From Nitrospirota bacterium (lineage in GTDB: Bacteria; Nitrospirota; Thermodesulfovibrionia; Thermodesulfovibrionales; SM23-35): a stretch of 45,628 nucleotides of DNA. Made by a program: the position numbers and the translations under genes. Location: the NCBI GenBank assembly GCA_043802315.1, contig JAZDLE010000027.1:1-45628 (forward strand), written 5' to 3'. This document shows positions 1-7,765 of this stretch, piece after piece; the stretch's first letter is position 1, and every line of letters begins with the position of its first letter. The notes beneath the pieces are model-generated. The model was not told where the DNA came from. It ran no database searches and saw only the letters and a program-made list of their open reading frames with translations.

Positions 1-10
1 ATAAATTATC

Positions 11-39
11 TTGACAAATAAGAATAATTCCTATATAGT
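11..39 (+). promoter_or_regulatory. sigma70-type promoter TTGACA-17 nt-TATAGT upstream of the Fur-family gene
   Basis: TTGACA at 11-16 and TATAGT at 34-39 with a 17-nt spacer. The ATG at 47 lies 7 nt after the -10, implying a leaderless or near-leaderless mRNA. Confidence 0.5.
19..33. promoter_or_regulatory. candidate Fur-family 7-1-7 operator TAAGAAT-a-ATTCCTA between -35 and -10
   Basis: Inverted repeat with 6 of 7 half-site positions symmetric and a perfect GAAT-a-ATTC core. Same 7-1-7 geometry as the Fur, PerR and Zur boxes. Confidence 0.4.
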
Positions 40-46
40 TTTTAAT

Positions 47-490
47 ATGGAATATAAATTAGATAAAAAAGAAATGATAGATATTTTCTATCAGAGAGCT
101 AAAGAGCATGGTCTTAAAATAACACCCCAACGCACTATTATTTATCAAGAACTCCTTCAAGCAAAAGATCACCCCTCTGCAGATATCCTTTATAAGAGAT
201 TAGTGAAAAAGATTCCTAATCTTTCATTTGACACAGTGAACAGGACTCTCTTGACATTCTCCCAAATCGGTATCGCAAATATTGTTGAGGGATATGGACA
301 ACCCAAACGATATGACCCGAATATTGATACCCATCATCATTTCAGATGTATTAAGTGTCACAGTATTATTGATTTTCAAAACAAGGCTTACAACAACATA
401 ACAATTCCTGAAGAGATACAGAAAGAAGTTACAGTATTAAATAAAAAAGTAGTTCTCGAAGGTTTTTGTAACAAGTGTAGGAAAAAATAA
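47..490 (+). CDS. Fur family transcriptional regulator (PerR-like)
   Basis: Winged-helix N-terminus (ITPQRTIIYQEL), HHHFRCIKC motif and C-terminal CNKC zinc site. Start moved to ATG 47 because TTG 11 is the -35 hexamer. Confidence 0.85.
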   Translation: MEYKLDKKEMIDIFYQRAKEHGLKITPQRTIIYQELLQAKDHPSADILYKRLVKKIPNLSFDTVNRTLLTFSQIGIANIVEGYGQPKRYDPNIDTHHHFRCIKCHSIIDFQNKAYNNITIPEEIQKEVTVLNKKVVLEGFCNKCRKK

Positions 491-508
491 ATTTTTTTTC
501 TTATTTAA

Positions 509-523
509 TAAGAACAATAACTA
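509..523. promoter_or_regulatory. second copy of the Fur-type box (TAAGAACaATAACTA) upstream of the DPS-like gene
   Basis: 12 of 15 positions identical to the box at 19-33. Overlaps the palindrome CTTATTtAATAAG at 500-512. Confidence 0.3.
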
Positions 524-632
524 ATTAGGATTTATAGGCAATTATGGGGGAGGTGATGGTCATGCGCTAATAATGACACTTTTCTGGTTTGAAACATTAG
601 TATTAATAACTCCAAAACAAAAGGAGGTTGCG

Positions 633-1184
633 ATGGCAAAAGTAGCAAGAGAAATGGTAGAAAAAGCAGGAGTCAATGTTGATCAGTTGTTAGAACTCCT
701 GGTTAAAAATGCCTCTGCTGAGTTAACAACCTTTTATTACTACACAATCTTGCGGGTAAATTTGATTGGTCTGGACGGTGAAGGCATAAAAGAGATTGCA
801 GAGACAGCACGCATTGAAGACAGAAATCATTTTGAGGCACTTGTTCCCCGTATTTATGAACTTGGTGGCAAGTTGCCTGAAAATATGAATGACTTCCATG
901 ATATTTCAGCATGCAAACCTGCAAAGCTGCCTGCAGACCCAAGAGATATTAAGGCGATGTTAACTGTATTGGTAGAAGCTGAAAGGTGTGCAGTGAGGGG
1001 ATACACGAATATCTGTAATATAACCGCCGGGAAGGATCATAGAACGTATGACCTTTCTCAGGCTATTCTCAACGAAGAGATAGAACATGAATCCTGGTTT
1101 TCTGAATTCTTAGGCGAAGGACCCTCAGGACACTTTATGAGGCGTGGTGATACATCCCCGTTTGTCTCTAAGTTCCTCAAGTGA
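633..1184 (+). CDS. DPS-like (DPSL) ferritin-superfamily di-iron protein
   Basis: AAGGAGG RBS at 621-627. Motifs FYYYTILRV, EDRNHFE, ISACKP, EAERCA and EEIEHESWF match the archaeal/Bacteroides DPSL type as I recall it. Confidence 0.8.
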   Translation: MAKVAREMVEKAGVNVDQLLELLVKNASAELTTFYYYTILRVNLIGLDGEGIKEIAETARIEDRNHFEALVPRIYELGGKLPENMNDFHDISACKPAKLPADPRDIKAMLTVLVEAERCAVRGYTNICNITAGKDHRTYDLSQAILNEEIEHESWFSEFLGEGPSGHFMRRGDTSPFVSKFLK

Positions 1185-1191
1185 AAAAAAT

Positions 1192-1223
1192 AGAGGGTAC
1201 TATAAGCATTTATGGTACCCTCT
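1192..1223 (+). terminator. 9-bp stem hairpin after the DPSL gene (AGAGGGTAC...GTACCCTCT)
   Basis: Perfect 9-bp inverted repeat with a 14-nt loop, 8 nt after the stop. No clear T-tract. Confidence 0.3.
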
Positions 1224-1256
1224 CTGCAATGTACTGTATAATCAAAAAGTTTGTAT

Positions 1257-1496
1257 ATGGAAAAGTTTACAAAACAAGAACTCTCTCACCATAATGGTAA
1301 GAATAGTACTAAGCCATATATAGCTTATAACGGAATAGTGTATGATGTATCAGATAGTTTTCACTGGAAGGATGGGAAACATCAGGTTCTTCACCAGGCT
1401 GGAGAAGATCTAACAGAAGCTCTGCAACAAGCGCCACATGGAGAAGATCTCTTAGGAAGAGTTCCTATAATCGGGGAGTTGCTTGAAGATGAATAG
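1257..1496 (+). CDS. cytochrome b5-like heme/steroid-binding domain protein
   Basis: FTKQELSHHNGKN...YIAYNGIVYDVS...W..G.H matches the small bacterial cyt-b5/MAPR-like family (COG4892-type). Confidence 0.7.
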   Translation: MEKFTKQELSHHNGKNSTKPYIAYNGIVYDVSDSFHWKDGKHQVLHQAGEDLTEALQQAPHGEDLLGRVPIIGELLEDE

Positions 1497-1575
1497 TATT
1501 TCTAATAAATAATTATTATTGGAACGAATTAAAAACCTGGTCTACTTTAACGTAAAGATTAAAATTTACTGAATC

Positions 1576-2388
1576 ATGACAGACATATTACAGAATGTAC
1601 ATCCTGTACTGCAAGCTTTGCTTGCTACTTGTTTCACATGGGGGATCACAGCTCTTGGCGCGGCATGTGTCTTCATAGGGAAAGATATAAACAAGAAGGT
1701 TCTCGATGGGATGCTTGGCTTTGCTGCAGGAGTTATGGTTGCTGCAAGTTTTTGGTCACTGCTTGCTCCTGCAATTGAGATGTCCGGGGGCAAAGATATT
1801 CCTGTATGGGTTCCAGCTACAGCAGGTTTTCTTTTAGGAGGTCTATGCTTACGAGGTATTGATAGAATACTTCCTCATCTACATCTCGGTTTTCCTATGG
1901 AAGAAGCTGAAGGAATTAAAACAAGTTGGCAACGGAGCACTTTGCTTATTCTGGCAATAACATTGCATAACATCCCGGAAGGGCTTGCAGTGGGAGTTGC
2001 CTTTGGGGCAGTTGCTGCAGGTGTTCCCTCTGCAACCTTAGCAGGAGCAGTTGCATTAGCTATTGGTATCGGGATACAAAATTTTCCAGAAGGTCTTGCA
2101 GTATCTATGCCTCTACGCCGTGAAGGGATGTCTCGTTTTAAAAGTTTCTGGTACGGACAATTATCTGGAATAGTTGAACCAATTGCGGGTGTTCTTGGAG
2201 CAGCGGCTGTTATTCTTGCACAACCTATCCTGCCATATGCTTTGGCTTTTGCTGCTGGCGCTATGATATTTGTCGTCGTCGAGGAACTTGTTCCAGAATC
2301 TCAGCGTGGAGGGAATACTCATGAAGCAACTGCAGGAGCAATGATTGGTTTCGCGGTGATGATGGTACTTGATGTAGCTTTCAGTTAA
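1576..2388 (+). CDS. ZIP family divalent metal (zinc/iron) transporter
   Basis: Polytopic membrane protein with [10 protein letters not shown] and QNFPEGLAV motifs typical of ZupT/GufA-type ZIP permeases. Confidence 0.9.
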   Translation: MTDILQNVHPVLQALLATCFTWGITALGAACVFIGKDINKKVLDGMLGFAAGVMVAASFWSLLAPAIEMSGGKDIPVWVPATAGFLLGGLCLRGIDRILPHLHLGFPMEEAEGIKTSWQRSTLLILAITLHNIPEGLAVGVAFGAVAAGVPSATLAGAVALAIGIGIQNFPEGLAVSMPLRREGMSRFKSFWYGQLSGIVEPIAGVLGAAAVILAQPILPYALAFAAGAMIFVVVEELVPESQRGGNTHEATAGAMIGFAVMMVLDVAFS

Positions 2389-2464
2389 ACATATAAGAGA
2401 AGACCTTTTTTTGTTTTACTATAATAAAACAGAAAAAAATAGATAAGACTAAAAGGAGGATAAC

Positions 2465-2860
2465 ATGAAGGGATATGTAGTCGACATAGAAAAAGTAACA
2501 AAGGAAAACAAAAACTTCCGCAAAGTACTTTACACTGCAAAAAACAGCCAGTTGGTTGTAATGTCTTTGAGGCCTGGGGAGGAGATCGGCGAAGAGGTGC
2601 ATGAGCTTGATCAATTCATTCGTATTGAAAAAGGAAAAGGGAAGGCGGTTCTCGATGATGTGGAACATAAAATCGAGGATGATTATGCTATCGTCATTCC
2701 TGCAGGCACCAGACATAACATCATTAATACCTCAAAGGATAAAGAAATGAAGCTCTATACAATCTATTCGCCTCCAGAGCATAGAGATGCTGTGATACAC
2801 AAAACTAAAGCCGATGCTATGGCTGATGATGAACACTTTGACGGTAAGACTACCGAGTAA
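2465..2860 (+). CDS. cupin domain protein
   Basis: AGGAGG RBS. G.E.GEEVH...IVIPAGTRHNI two-motif cupin signature. Confidence 0.8.
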   Translation: MKGYVVDIEKVTKENKNFRKVLYTAKNSQLVVMSLRPGEEIGEEVHELDQFIRIEKGKGKAVLDDVEHKIEDDYAIVIPAGTRHNIINTSKDKEMKLYTIYSPPEHRDAVIHKTKADAMADDEHFDGKTTE

Positions 2861-3265
2861 TTCTTAACGGACATCAAAGTGCCGCCACTCCCAGTGAGCT
2901 TTTGCGTTAGGCATATTGTGTCAATAAGAAAGTCAGCTTTACTGTGAATATCTCTTATGATACTTCAATCTACGCTATCCATCTCTTTTGCCTTCGACCA
3001 GGCACTTATTGCAAAAATATATAAGACGCTGCCGCCTCCTTGTATTAGCAAGGCAATTGATGACACGTCCTCTGGCATGAGGATGCATCCTGATGGCATT
3101 ACACGTGAAGAGGTTCGCAGCATAATGGCATGGATGACTTCGAAATTTGTTACCTCCGGCAAGCAATATCTGACTTCCAAAAATATCGATACAGTCTATA
3201 CGGCCGTATTCTACGAAAATGAACCTATTAACGAAATAGGGATTTACGGGTACTGGAACAGTATT

Positions 3266-3313
3266 GGGACACATCCCATATTTCTTAACATAGAGGCAGT
3301 CATTCTGTAAAAT
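3266..3313 (-). repeat. REP-like repeat, copy 1 (GGGACACATCCCATATTTCTTAACA...)
   Basis: About 40 of 47 nt identical to 5127-5173. Its first 18 nt are the exact reverse complement of 3607-3624. Confidence 0.7.
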
Positions 3314-3319
3314 CCCCTT

Positions 3320-3607
3320 ATGTCGAGGATAGCGAGAGCAATTGCGACAGGGTTTCCTCATCATGTTGTCCAGTAGATGGTGTAAAAGATGAGGTATTAA
3401 ATGAGGATCTTTTTGAGGAAGGGCAGAGAAAAGACTACAGAGAATTTATGAGGGCAAACATTCCAAAAGAAGAGATCAGTAAGATACTCCACAAAAACAG
3501 GCAGACCTTTTGGCAGTGAGAATTTCATAAGGAGCATGGAAAGGAAACTTGACAGGAGATTTATCTTAAAATTACCAGGAAGACCAAGGAAGGAAAAAGG
3601 AAAGTAA
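3320..3607 (+). pseudogene. internally deleted REP-associated Y1 (IS200/RayT-like, COG1943-type) transposase remnant
   Basis: N-terminal MSRIARAIATGFPHHVVQ is followed by TAG at 3374. A second frame reads ...TGRPFGSENFIRSMERKLDRRFILKLPGRPRKEKGK*. These match the N- and C-terminal signatures of this family. The catalytic HUH/Tyr core is absent. Confidence 0.6.
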
Positions 3608-3624
3608 AATATGGGATGTGTCCC
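3607..3624 (+). repeat. REP-like repeat, inverted 18-mer (AAATATGGGATGTGTCCC)
   Basis: Exact reverse complement of 3266-3283. Begins at the last base of the stop codon of the transposase remnant. Confidence 0.7.
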
Positions 3625-3651
3625 TAATTAACACTATAGCACTAGTAGACC

Positions 3652-4857
3652 ATGAAATTCGAAAGTTTACTTTTCGATTTTCATGGTATAATGAAGCGCA
3701 TGATTAAACGTAAAGACTTAGTACGGAGGGTGCAGTCAGCCCTGAGGCGAAGCCGGGTGGTCGCGCTTATCGGCCCGCGCCAATGCGGCAAAACCACTCT
3801 GGCACGGCAACTTGTGGAGGCTGATTCTCCCAACTATTTCGACCTCGAAGACCCTACCAGTCTTGCCCGGCTGGACGAGCCGATAACCGCTTTACGCGGA
3901 TTGAAGGGCTTGGTGGTTATTGATGAAGTGCAGCGAAAGGTGGATCTGTTTCCTGTGCTTCGTGTGTTGGTAGACCGTATACCGTCACATGCCCGCTTTC
4001 TCATCCTCGGCAGTGCCTCGCCTGAACTCATGAGGCAGTCCTCTGAATCGCTGGCCGGACGGATCGAGACGGTCACTATGAGCGGCTTCAGCATGAGGGA
4101 AGTCGGTAGCATCGCTCAAGCTCGTCACTGGTTGCGGGGAAGTTTCCCGCTGTCTTTTCTTGCACGAACCGAAACCGACAGCCTTGTTTGGAGGAAGAAT
4201 TTTATTCAGACGTTTCTGGAACGTGATCTGCCCCAATGGGGCATCGGAATACCCTCAGCAGCATTGCTGCGTTTCTGGACAATGCTGGCACATTACCATG
4301 GGCAGACATGGAATGCGGCGGAGCCCGCGCGTTCGCTCGGGGTCAGCGAGCCGACTGTGAGGCGTTATCTTGATATTTTGTCCGGCGTCTTCATGGTTCG
4401 GCAGCTTCCTCCATGGCATGCTAACTTGAAAAAGCGTCAGGTCAGGTCGCCGAAGATATATTTCCGAGACACTGGCCTGTTGCATCATCTGCTGGGCATC
4501 CGGACAGAGAAGGAATTGCTCAGTCATCCCAAATGCGGTACATCATGGGAGGGTTACGTGATTGAAGAAACAATTAAGGCAACAGATCCGGATGAAGTAT
4601 ATTTTTGGGCGACCCACAGTGGAGCCGAAATCGACCTGGTGCTTGTGAAGAACGGGCGTATGCTGGGGGTGGAGTGTAAGCGTATAGATGCACCGCGAAT
4701 AACACCGTCTATGCGGACCGCTCGTGAAGATTTGCATCTTGAACAGATCGCTGTAGTCTATCCCGGAACAAAGCGATATTCTTTGGGCGACGGTGTCACT
4801 GCAGTACCTCTCGATGTGATTGCGGAGGGGATGAAAGGACTCTTCGCAAAAAAGTAA
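3652..4857 (+). CDS. AAA+ ATPase with DUF4143-type C-terminal domain (COG1373 family)
   Basis: Walker A GPRQCGKTTL and Walker B VVIDEVQ; family-typical layout. Markedly more GC-rich than its surroundings. The true start is probably an internal ATG at 3691 or 3700 (MIKRKDL...). Confidence 0.85.
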   Translation: MKFESLLFDFHGIMKRMIKRKDLVRRVQSALRRSRVVALIGPRQCGKTTLARQLVEADSPNYFDLEDPTSLARLDEPITALRGLKGLVVIDEVQRKVDLFPVLRVLVDRIPSHARFLILGSASPELMRQSSESLAGRIETVTMSGFSMREVGSIAQARHWLRGSFPLSFLARTETDSLVWRKNFIQTFLERDLPQWGIGIPSAALLRFWTMLAHYHGQTWNAAEPARSLGVSEPTVRRYLDILSGVFMVRQLPPWHANLKKRQVRSPKIYFRDTGLLHHLLGIRTEKELLSHPKCGTSWEGYVIEETIKATDPDEVYFWATHSGAEIDLVLVKNGRMLGVECKRIDAPRITPSMRTAREDLHLEQIAVVYPGTKRYSLGDGVTAVPLDVIAEGMKGLFAKK

Positions 4858-5126
4858 TGAAGCGCATGTAACTGTTACCGCAAGTTGAATGGTGTCAGGC
4901 CTTGACTTATGACTCAATCAAAGCTGAATATTTCTTTTGGTAATCATTATTATTAACGTCTTCATAGATTTGTTGATTAGCAGGTGAAGGCCGCAACATC
5001 TGCAATATCTTTAAACTGCGGACTCGTAGACAAAAGCTTGTAGTTAAGGGAAGTGTTTCCACTGTTATCAATTAGGTAAAGAGCTCAATAATCCCCCTTT
5101 AGTAAAAGGACTCATAAAACTTGTGT

Positions 5127-5173
5127 GGGACGCATCCCAGATTTCTTAACACAAAGGCATTCATTCACAGAAT
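5127..5173 (-). repeat. REP-like repeat, copy 2
   Basis: GGGACGCATCCCAGATTTCTTAACACAAAGGCATTCATTCACAGAAT aligns with 3266-3313 in the same orientation. Confidence 0.65.
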
Positions 5174-5349
5174 TTCGGCATAGTTATAGAACAGTTTTAG
5201 TGAGGGGTGTCAATAAATAGCCTATAGGATATTTACCGACAAAGATGCAAGCTAAAGTCCTACAAAAAAATAAGAATTGTGCTGATACCTTTTACTTTCG
5301 ATTCATGATATATTTATACGTTTAATCAGAAAAGGAGGTACGGAAGAAA

Positions 5350-5940
5350 ATGAAAAAGTTATCTTCGTTACTGGTTTTCATCGTCATTCTTGCTTTTTTC
5401 TCTGTTTTTGATCACCCTCTCTTTGCAGCCAAAGAACCCCCTGCAGAGGGTGGTACAATGCCTGTCATAAAGCTTCCAATTCCCAAGAGCCCAGAAGCAA
5501 AAGATTATTTGGGAATCAAGGGCGAAGGATCCTTCACCATTCCCCAGATTAAAGCTAAGGTTGTGATTATCGAAATTTTCAGCATGTATTGCCCCTACTG
5601 CCAGAATGAAGCACCCAGGGTAAACGAACTTTACAATGCCATAGAGAAAAATCCTGACCTAAAAGGCAAAATCAAGGTAATCGGCATTGGGGCAGGAAAT
5701 ACTCCCATGGAGGTTGATGTCTTCAGAAAGAAATATCAGATACCCTTCCCTCTTTTCCCGGATGTAGATTATTCCATTCATAAGGTTTGTGGAGAGGTAA
5801 GAACACCGTATTTCATCGGAGTCAAAATCAATGAGAATGGTACCCATGAAGTTATTTATTCAAAGCTTGGTGGACTTCAAGATGCCAATCAATTTCTGGA
5901 ATTAATCCTTAAACTTTCCGGATTAAAGAAGGAGGGTTAA
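5350..5940 (+). CDS. exported thioredoxin-fold thiol:disulfide oxidoreductase (CPYC active site)
   Basis: AAGGAGG RBS, N-terminal signal peptide, FSMYCPYCQ motif in a Trx/TlpA-like fold. Confidence 0.8.
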   Translation: MKKLSSLLVFIVILAFFSVFDHPLFAAKEPPAEGGTMPVIKLPIPKSPEAKDYLGIKGEGSFTIPQIKAKVVIIEIFSMYCPYCQNEAPRVNELYNAIEKNPDLKGKIKVIGIGAGNTPMEVDVFRKKYQIPFPLFPDVDYSIHKVCGEVRTPYFIGVKINENGTHEVIYSKLGGLQDANQFLELILKLSGLKKEG

Positions 5941-5942
5941 TC

Positions 5943-6539
5943 ATGGCAAAGAAAAGCATCCCGATTATTGTTTTAACTGTTGTTCTATTTTCTGTGTCTA
6001 TGACCTATGGTATTTCAGAAATGTTCAAAGACTACATTTACCAACCAGGTAACTTAAAGCCAATTGACAGCAAGCCCAAACTGAAGGTTGGTAACAAGGC
6101 TCCTGACTTTACTCTTCCTTCCATTGCAGGAGAAAAAGTCTCCCTCAGCCAGTACCGAGGGAAAAACAACGTTGTCATTTCCTTTGTCCCTGCTGCCTGG
6201 ACTCCTGTATGTTCAGATCAATGGCCTGGTTATAATTTAGTGAAAGACATCTTTGATCAACATAATGCAATCCTGTTGGGGATTACTGTAGACAACATTC
6301 CAACCCTTTACGCATGGACAAGGCCAATGGGCGATGTATGGTTTCCCGTGCTTTCCGATTTCTGGCCGCACGGAAAAGTCGCTCAAAAGTATGGCGTGCT
6401 GAGATCAAATGGCGTGTCTGAAAGGGCTCTCTTCGTCATAGACAAAAAGGGAATCATTAGCTATATAGACGTCCACGACATCAATAAGAGGCCCCCCCTT
6501 GAAGACCTGGTGAGGGAACTGGGAAAGTTAAAGAAATAA
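5943..6539 (+). CDS. membrane-anchored or exported 1-Cys peroxiredoxin (AhpC/TSA family)
   Basis: N-terminal hydrophobic anchor. Universal Prx motif PAAWTPVC, with this the only Cys in the protein. Starts 3 nt after the Trx-like gene. Confidence 0.85.
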   Translation: MAKKSIPIIVLTVVLFSVSMTYGISEMFKDYIYQPGNLKPIDSKPKLKVGNKAPDFTLPSIAGEKVSLSQYRGKNNVVISFVPAAWTPVCSDQWPGYNLVKDIFDQHNAILLGITVDNIPTLYAWTRPMGDVWFPVLSDFWPHGKVAQKYGVLRSNGVSERALFVIDKKGIISYIDVHDINKRPPLEDLVRELGKLKK

Positions 6540-6657
6540 AGGTCTTCGCGTAATCGAGTGGGCAAAAAGTCATAGACAAGAAGACGCAACGTGGCTTGAA
6601 ATAGAGAAAAGCGAGTCACATAAGAGTAAGAAATCTGACATGATTACTCTCCCATCT

Positions 6658-6803
6658 GTCATTATCCGGCTTGACCGGATAATCCAAGTCTTCAGGGGAA
6701 ATAGTTCTCTGTCCACACGCTTATAAGATAATAGAGGCAGGCAGATTTCTGGATTGCCCGATCAAGTATGCCCTCGACCACGATCGGGGGTCGGGCAATG
6801 ACG
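6658..6803. repeat. pair of GC-rich palindromic elements (GTCATTATCCGG-cttga-CCGGATAATCC; GGATTGCCCGATC...GATCGGGGGTCGGGCAATGAC)
   Basis: Stems 6662-6669/6675-6682 and 6753-6761/6791-6799 read directly. Same GTCATTGC...GCAATGAC style as 10741-10818 and 14677-14744. Confidence 0.6.
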
Positions 6804-6842
6804 ATTGGTGAATAAGAATTTTATGTATCTCTTAGGTTAAGG

Positions 6843-7346
6843 TTATTTTTTCAGGAGATTGGAGATTTTCTCCTTCATCTGGGGAGAGCTCCAATCCCTT
6901 TCACCGATAAACTTTTCTATAATAACGCCTTTTTTGTCTATCAAAAATGTTACGGGAATTCCGAAAAGGGAATATTTGAAATATACCTTTCTCTCTTTAT
7001 CCATGAGTATAGGAAAAGCCAAGCCTTTCTCCTGGATATAAGACTTTACAGGTTTTTCCGCTGGGTCTTCTGCAACAGCAACAACAATAAGCCCTTTATC
7101 CTTAAATTCAAGATAGAGTTTATTCAGGGAGGGCATTTCAGCAAGACAGGGACCACACCATATTGACCAGAAGTTCAAAATAACCACCTTGCCCCTGAAC
7201 TGAGAGAGTGTAACTTTTTTACCACATATGTCGTTAAGGGTAAAATCAGGGGCCAAGGAACTCTTGCTTGCAAAAGCGTGATTAGTATTCCAAAAGGTAA
7301 GTGATAAAAGAAAGAGTATTGTGATGATACGAGTAAGGTTCATCAT
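6843..7346 (-). CDS. TlpA/ResA-family exported thiol-disulfide oxidoreductase
   Basis: Signal peptide and WSIWCGPC active site in a Trx fold. Confidence 0.85.
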   Translation of the reverse strand: MMNLTRIITILFLLSLTFWNTNHAFASKSSLAPDFTLNDICGKKVTLSQFRGKVVILNFWSIWCGPCLAEMPSLNKLYLEFKDKGLIVVAVAEDPAEKPVKSYIQEKGLAFPILMDKERKVYFKYSLFGIPVTFLIDKKGVIIEKFIGERDWSSPQMKEKISNLLKK

Positions 7347-7420
7347 CTCTAAAAAAGTTTAACATTTATTCCTGAATCAAACAACATCACCCCAAGAAAG
7401 TAAGCATCTCCAAATCCGTG

Positions 7421-7547
7421 ATGGCAGGATATAATATCTGAGCGGTTTCTTTTGCCGATAGTCCTTGAGTCCATTTTAAATAATGAAGAGGCAAAAGCCT
7501 CGGAGGTCGATAGACCGAGAATGAGCGAAGATACTATATCCTGCCAT
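7421..7547. repeat. 127-bp element bounded by 19-bp terminal inverted repeats (MITE-like or structured RNA)
   Basis: ATGGCAGGATATAATATCT at 7421-7439 against AGATACTATATCCTGCCAT at 7529-7547, 18 of 19 complementary. Internal stems CTTTTGCC/GGCAAAAG and CTCGG/CCGAG. Confidence 0.55.
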
Positions 7548-7765
7548 TATACCCACCGCTTATAAATATTGTTAATTTTCATCAGAAAGAGAGGCTTCCC
7601 CTAAGAAATGAGAATCTTTCGAGTGAGTTACCCAGTTGAGTGGCTAATTTTGTATTGACGACAGAGGATTAAATGTGACTAATTTTGTATATAATAAGAT
7701 ATGCTTACAGTTTAGGTATATGTAAATAAACGGTATTTTTAGTTTAATTTTATGGAGAAAAGATT

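Noticed and set aside
1508-1517. AATAATTATT palindrome upstream of the ZIP transporter, considered as a Zur/Fur box.
   Set aside because: It is only 10 bp and pure A/T in an AT-rich spacer. It cannot be told apart from background without a genome-wide motif model.
2957-3364. Mutually overlapping ORFs on both strands: 2957-3310 (+), 2965-3180 (-) and 2975-3364 (-).
   Set aside because: No RBS and no recognisable motifs. The ORFs exclude one another, and the minus-strand one runs through the REP-like repeat. Most likely decayed or non-coding DNA next to the transposase remnant, though I cannot exclude another pseudogene.
4904-4919. TTGACTTATGACTCAA, considered as a second Crp/Fnr-type site.
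   Set aside because: The right half is GACTC rather than GTCAA, so it is not a palindrome.
7641-7696. Possible sigma-54 promoter (TGGCtaattTTGT) and a 12-nt direct repeat, CTAATTTTGTAT, at 7644 and 7679 upstream of the HPF-CSD gene.
   Set aside because: The GG-to-G(C/T) spacing is 2 nt shorter than the -24/-12 consensus, and the -12 element is GT rather than GC. The direct repeat is real but AT-rich and short, so it may only reflect promoter-like sequence.
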